Positions 59,641 through 64,000 of a stretch of 64,000 nucleotides of DNA are shown here, piece after piece. Each line of letters begins with the position of its first letter. Position 1 is the first letter of the stretch. A program made the translations under genes and the position numbers. This DNA is from Eledone cirrhosa (lineage: Eukaryota), in the NCBI GenBank assembly GCA_964016885.1, contig OZ024764.1, positions 12,400,001-12,464,000 of the forward strand, written 5' to 3'. The notes beneath the pieces are model-generated. The model was not told the origin of the DNA. It did not search any database and was given only the letters and a program-made list of their open reading frames with translations.

Positions 59641-60149
59641 GGTTTTTACTTTGTATTTAGGTAAGGTGGGTCTTATATATATATGTATTATTAAGTATAT
59701 ATATGTATTACATATATATACATATATATACATTTTTTCTCTCTCTCTCTCTCTCGTCTGCGACTTCACAGAACTTATGTTTACCGAATTCGCAGACCAG
59801 ACCCCTTCTTCCTCCCGTTAGACCTGTGCGAAATTCCTTCCTTGCTCACATTTCAACCAGGTTTGATGGTCTTTATTCTCTCGTTCACGATTTCACCGAA
59901 TTTATATTCATAGAAATCTGGGACTTGTCTCTTTCTTCTCACTTTCTGTTGCTTAAACCATTTTGTTTGTTCACCCTAGCGTCCCCTTTATTTACGTGTC
60001 CCAACGACTTTTTTTAGCCGTTGTTCGCACCAACCTGAGGTATATGGCCCTTAAAGCGATGAAATGCCTGGGACGGTTGGGGGGTCACTGATGAAGGACT
60101 TACTTTTTCATATGTAACCCATTTGCAACGCCGCAGCTCCATTATTATC

Positions 60150-60184
<35 letters not shown>

Positions 60185-60214
60185 TATATACATACATACA
60201 TATATATATATTTC

Positions 60215-60376
60215 AGGGTGATCAAAATAGATGGGAGCTACGGAATAGGCAGAATGAGAAAAACCTGGGACGACTTGATAAAATCCGACCTCACACACTT
60301 ACACCTCTCCAAGACTATGGCACTGGACCGAGATCTTTGGCGCTACACAGTAATACAGAAGACCCGTCTTGCCTAA
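60215..60376 (+). pseudogene. RTE ORF extreme C-terminus, different subfamily
   Basis: IDGSYGIGRMRKTWDDLIKSDLTHLHLSKTMALDRDLWR. Confidence 0.7.
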
Positions 60377-60384
60377 GTACAAAG

Positions 60385-60756
60385 CGAAACCTACAGTTAG
60401 TAGGCATCTCTTAACCAAAATACACCCCCGCCCCAACTCTACCCCTTCCGCCATCTACACCACCCCTTTCGATGTAAAGTTATGTTGGTACCACAACATC
60501 CAGTCCTAAATAAATGAGGTTGTGTAGGTGTCATGAGAAAAAACCTCCCAGTCCACGCTGTAATGTGGCCGTGTAGGTAACACGCTAAAAACCTCCCAGT
60601 CCACACTGTAAACGTGGTTGGTGTTAGGAAGGGCATCCAGCCGTAGAAAACCTGCCAGACAGTCCTATACGAGCAAGACAACCAATCTTGCCTCAAGTGG
60701 GAAAATTCCCTTCCAGACCCATGCTAGCGTGGAAGATAGACGCTAAACGATGATGA
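60385..60756 (+). mobile_element. RTE-related non-autonomous element
   Basis: Reverse-complement homolog of 59151-59640; ends AAACGATGATGA. Confidence 0.8.
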
Positions 60757-61109
60757 CATATATATATATACATATATACATGTATATATACATACATGTA
60801 TATATACATATACAAGTATATGTACATATACAAGTATATGTACATATACAAGTATATGTACATATACAAGTATATGTACATATACAAGTATATATACATA
60901 AACATGTATATATACATATACATGTATATATACATATACATGTATATATACATATACATGTATATATACATATATATATGCATATACATATATATATATG
61001 CATATACATATATATATATACACATATATATATATACACATATATATAAATACACTTATATATATACACATATATATACACATATATATAAATACACTTA
61101 TATATATAT

Positions 61110-61151
<42 letters not shown>

Positions 61152-61261
61152 TATACATATACATACATATACATATATATATATCATATACATATACATA
61201 TATATACTGTTATACACACACAGACATATTTATGTATACATATTTATTTACATATATATAT

Positions 61262-61542
61262 TTTGGTTCTGAATTTGTTTTGCAAGATTTCTTATCTGAA
61301 AAGATGTTTTGAAACAGATATAGTTATAACTTGGGATGTTCCTGCTGCTAATAAAAACACACGCACCTGTTGGTTTTCACTCCAAATAAGATGGTGTAGT
61401 GCAGAACAAAGAAGGGAAACAAAATAAGGCATCAGTTGCTGGGGAGGTCACAGAATGTGTGATGAAAGATCTTTGATATATAAACAACCATCCAGTTATT
61501 GAACCAAGTAACAGGAAATTTATAATAAATTGAAGTGAAAAC
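61262..61542. mobile_element. Family C2 pLTR with inverted tail and decayed HHR (61439)
   Basis: CTGGGGA-G-GTCACA-gaatg-TGTGAT-GAAA-GATCTTT; 61265-61385 is the inverse of ~27548-27668. Confidence 0.6.
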
Positions 61543-61619
61543 TAAAATGGATGCAGTAAAACCTGTCTAGACCATCACTAGAACAGCCATTAAAACAGCT
61601 AAATTATGTCAAAGACAGT

Positions 61620-62890
61620 GGACAGAGACCAGCAGCCAGTGGTCAACAGAGAGACAATTTACAAGGTGGGTGACAGGCAGATGATATAATGTCTCAGAGG
61701 ACAGTGACCAGTGGTCAACAGAGAGACAATCTACAAGGTGGGTGACAGGCAGATGATATATAATGCCCCAGAGGACAGAGACCAGCAGCCAGTGGTCAAC
61801 AGAGAGACAATTTACAAGGTGGGTGACAGGCAGATGGAATATAATGTCTCAGAGGACAGTGACCAGTGGTCAACAGAGAGACAATTTACAAGGTGGGTGA
61901 CAGGCAGATGGAATATAATGTCTCAGAGGACAGAGACCAGTGGTCAACAGAGAGACAATTTACAAGGTGGGTGACAGGTAGATGATATATAATGCCCCAG
62001 AGGACAGAGACCAGTGGTCAACAGAGAGACAATCCACAAGGTGGGTGACAGGTAGATGATATATAATGCCCCAGAGGACAGAGACCAGTGGTCAACAGAG
62101 AGACAATCCACAAGGTGGGTGACAGGTAGATGATATATAATGTCTCAGAGACCAGTGGTCAACAGAGAGACAATCCACAAGGTGGGTGACAGGTAGATGA
62201 TATATAATGTCTCAGAGGACAGAGACCAGTGGTCAACAGAGAGACAATCCACAAGGTGGGTGACAGGTAGATGATATATAATGCCCCAGAGGACAGAGAC
62301 CAGTGGTCAACAGAGAGACAATCCACAAGGTGGGTGACAGGCAGATGATATATAATGTCTCAGAGGACAGAGACCAGTGGTCAACAGAGAGACAATCCAC
62401 AAGGTAGGTGACAGGTAAATGATATATAATGTCTCAGAGACCAGTGGTCAGTGGTCAACAGAGAGACAATACACAAGGGGTGACAGGCAGATGATATATA
62501 ATGTCTCAGAGGACAGAGACCAGAGACCAGTGGTCAACAGAGAGACAATCCACAAGGTGGGTGACAGGTAGATGATATATAATGACTCAGAGGACAGAGA
62601 CCAGTGGTCAACAGAGAGACAATCCACAAGGTGGGTGACAGGCAGATGATATATAATTGTTTCTACTTTCGGCACAAGGCCAGCAATTATCCAGTAGATA
62701 ACTGGTACTTTATTTTATCGACCCCGTAAGGATGAAAGGCAAAGTTAACCTTGGCGAGATTTGAACTCAGATCGTAAAGGGGCTTAACTATGCTGGAAAG
62801 CATGTCCAACCCTCTACCAATACTGCCGAACAGAGACCAGTGGTCAACAGAGAGACAATCCACAAGGTGGGTGACAGGTAGATGATATAT
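61620..62890. repeat. ~70-80-bp tandem repeat (CCAGTGGTCAACAGAGAGACAATCCACAAGGTGGGTGACAGG...), ~15 copies
   Basis: Directly visible; interrupted by a SINE. Confidence 0.95.
62655..62828 (-). mobile_element. Meta-type SINE inside the tandem array
   Basis: Reverse-complement homolog of ~47030-47212. Confidence 0.8.
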
Positions 62891-63205
62891 AGAAAATATT
62901 GAAAGAGGAGGAGTACAAGGGGAAGTGTGTTGGTACACAGAAGTGACTGGAAGAAGGAAATAAAGAAAGGTGATGTACCAGACAGGTTTTTAAAAAGTAC
63001 CAGTCATGTACTGGGTCGATTCTTCTTATATCTCTTTCTCATTTCCAATATCTCTCACTCTTCTCTGTAAGAAATCTGCTGTAATCAGGTGTGGAGAGGA
63101 GTTGGGCCCTACCTGGTTTCAAGGGGCCCTAGAAATGAAGTATGTCTATATGGTGCCCCTACAAATCTCTCGGGAGTTAAGTGTCTATACCATATATATA
63201 TATAT

Positions 63206-63786
63206 ATCATCATCATACGTCCACTTTTCCCTGCTTGCAAGGTGGGATGGGTCCTATTCAGCACAGCATCTCTCCACTTGTCACGGTCCTTCGTCATCTC
63301 CTCCGTGAGCTTCAGCGATCTGATGTTAGCTCTCACCGCCTCCGCCCATGTTTTTTATGGTCTACCTCTACCACGTCTTCCTTCTACTGACATCTCTTGG
63401 CACTTCTTTACCCAGCAGTCATCCTCCATGCGCATCACATGTCCATACCACCTCAGTCTTCTCTCCTGCACACCACAACTTATCCCTCTCAGACACAGTT
63501 TCTCTCTCAACTCATCTATACTTGGTCATTCACGCACATTGACATTGCACATCCAACGGAGCCTGCTTGCTTCATTTCTCTCCAGCTGTCGCATATCCTC
63601 TGTAGTTGCTGCCCATGTCTCACTACCATGCAGCATCGCGCATCTCACACAGGCATCATACAACCGGCCTTTCATACGCAGGGAGAAACCCTTCTTTGTT
63701 AACAGAGGAAGCAGCTCCCTAAACTTCTTCCAACCTGTCCTTATTCTAGATACTATGGCCTCGGAACAACCCCCTCCCATGCTAAT
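63206..63786 (-). mobile_element. RTE LINE 3' fragment, unexpanded
   Basis: SRIRTGWKKFRELLPLL...YDACVRCAMLHGSETW...LRWMC...RRLRWYGHV. Confidence 0.9.
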
Positions 63787-63852
63787 ATATATAATGTCTA
63801 CCTATCTACCCCACCGTCTGTATCAATGTATCTCTCTTTGATTGTGATGTTA

Positions 63853-64000
63853 CTGTAGCATGGCCAGACAGTTTAGATGTTGCTGTAGTATGACCTGGCA
63901 GTTTAGATGGTGCTGTAGCATGGCCTGGCTGTTAGAATAGTGCCGTAGCATGGCCTGGCAGTTTAGATGGTGCTGTAGCATGGCCTGGCAGTTTAGATGG
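63853..64000. repeat. 30-bp minisatellite (CTGTAGCATGGCCTGGCAGTTTAGATGGTG)
   Basis: About 5 copies, running off the window end. Confidence 0.9.

Noticed and set aside
60098-60142. Possible minus-strand first exon MELRRCKWVTYEK|GTAAGT
   Set aside because: Upstream is (TA)n, with no promoter or partner exon; compatible with chance

Overview
Eukaryotic, non-genic and very repeat-rich DNA. An octopus or other coleoid cephalopod is the likely source, inferred from the SINE types and the dominance of (AT)n/(AC)n tracts. No intact protein-coding gene is visible, and almost every long ORF in the track is a translation of a simple repeat. Recognisable parts are micro- and minisatellites, CORE-type and Meta-type tRNA-derived SINEs, and RTE LINE relics that share a 3' end with the SINEs. 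There is also an R4/Dong-like endonuclease relic, a Tc1/mariner transposase relic with two MITEs, and a Penelope-like (PLE) GIY-YIG relic. The most notable signal is that many short complex islands inside (TA)n tracts carry minimal type-I hammerhead ribozyme (HHR) motifs. There are about 15 full or partial motifs from several unrelated sequence families, including U3:A8, U10.1-U11.1 and extra-nucleotide core variants. Many sit in fold-back inverted repeats whose axis lies in or beside the ribozyme. One candidate 77-nt exon and one promoter-like motif cluster are also present. All structures were paired by eye and none is shown to be active.
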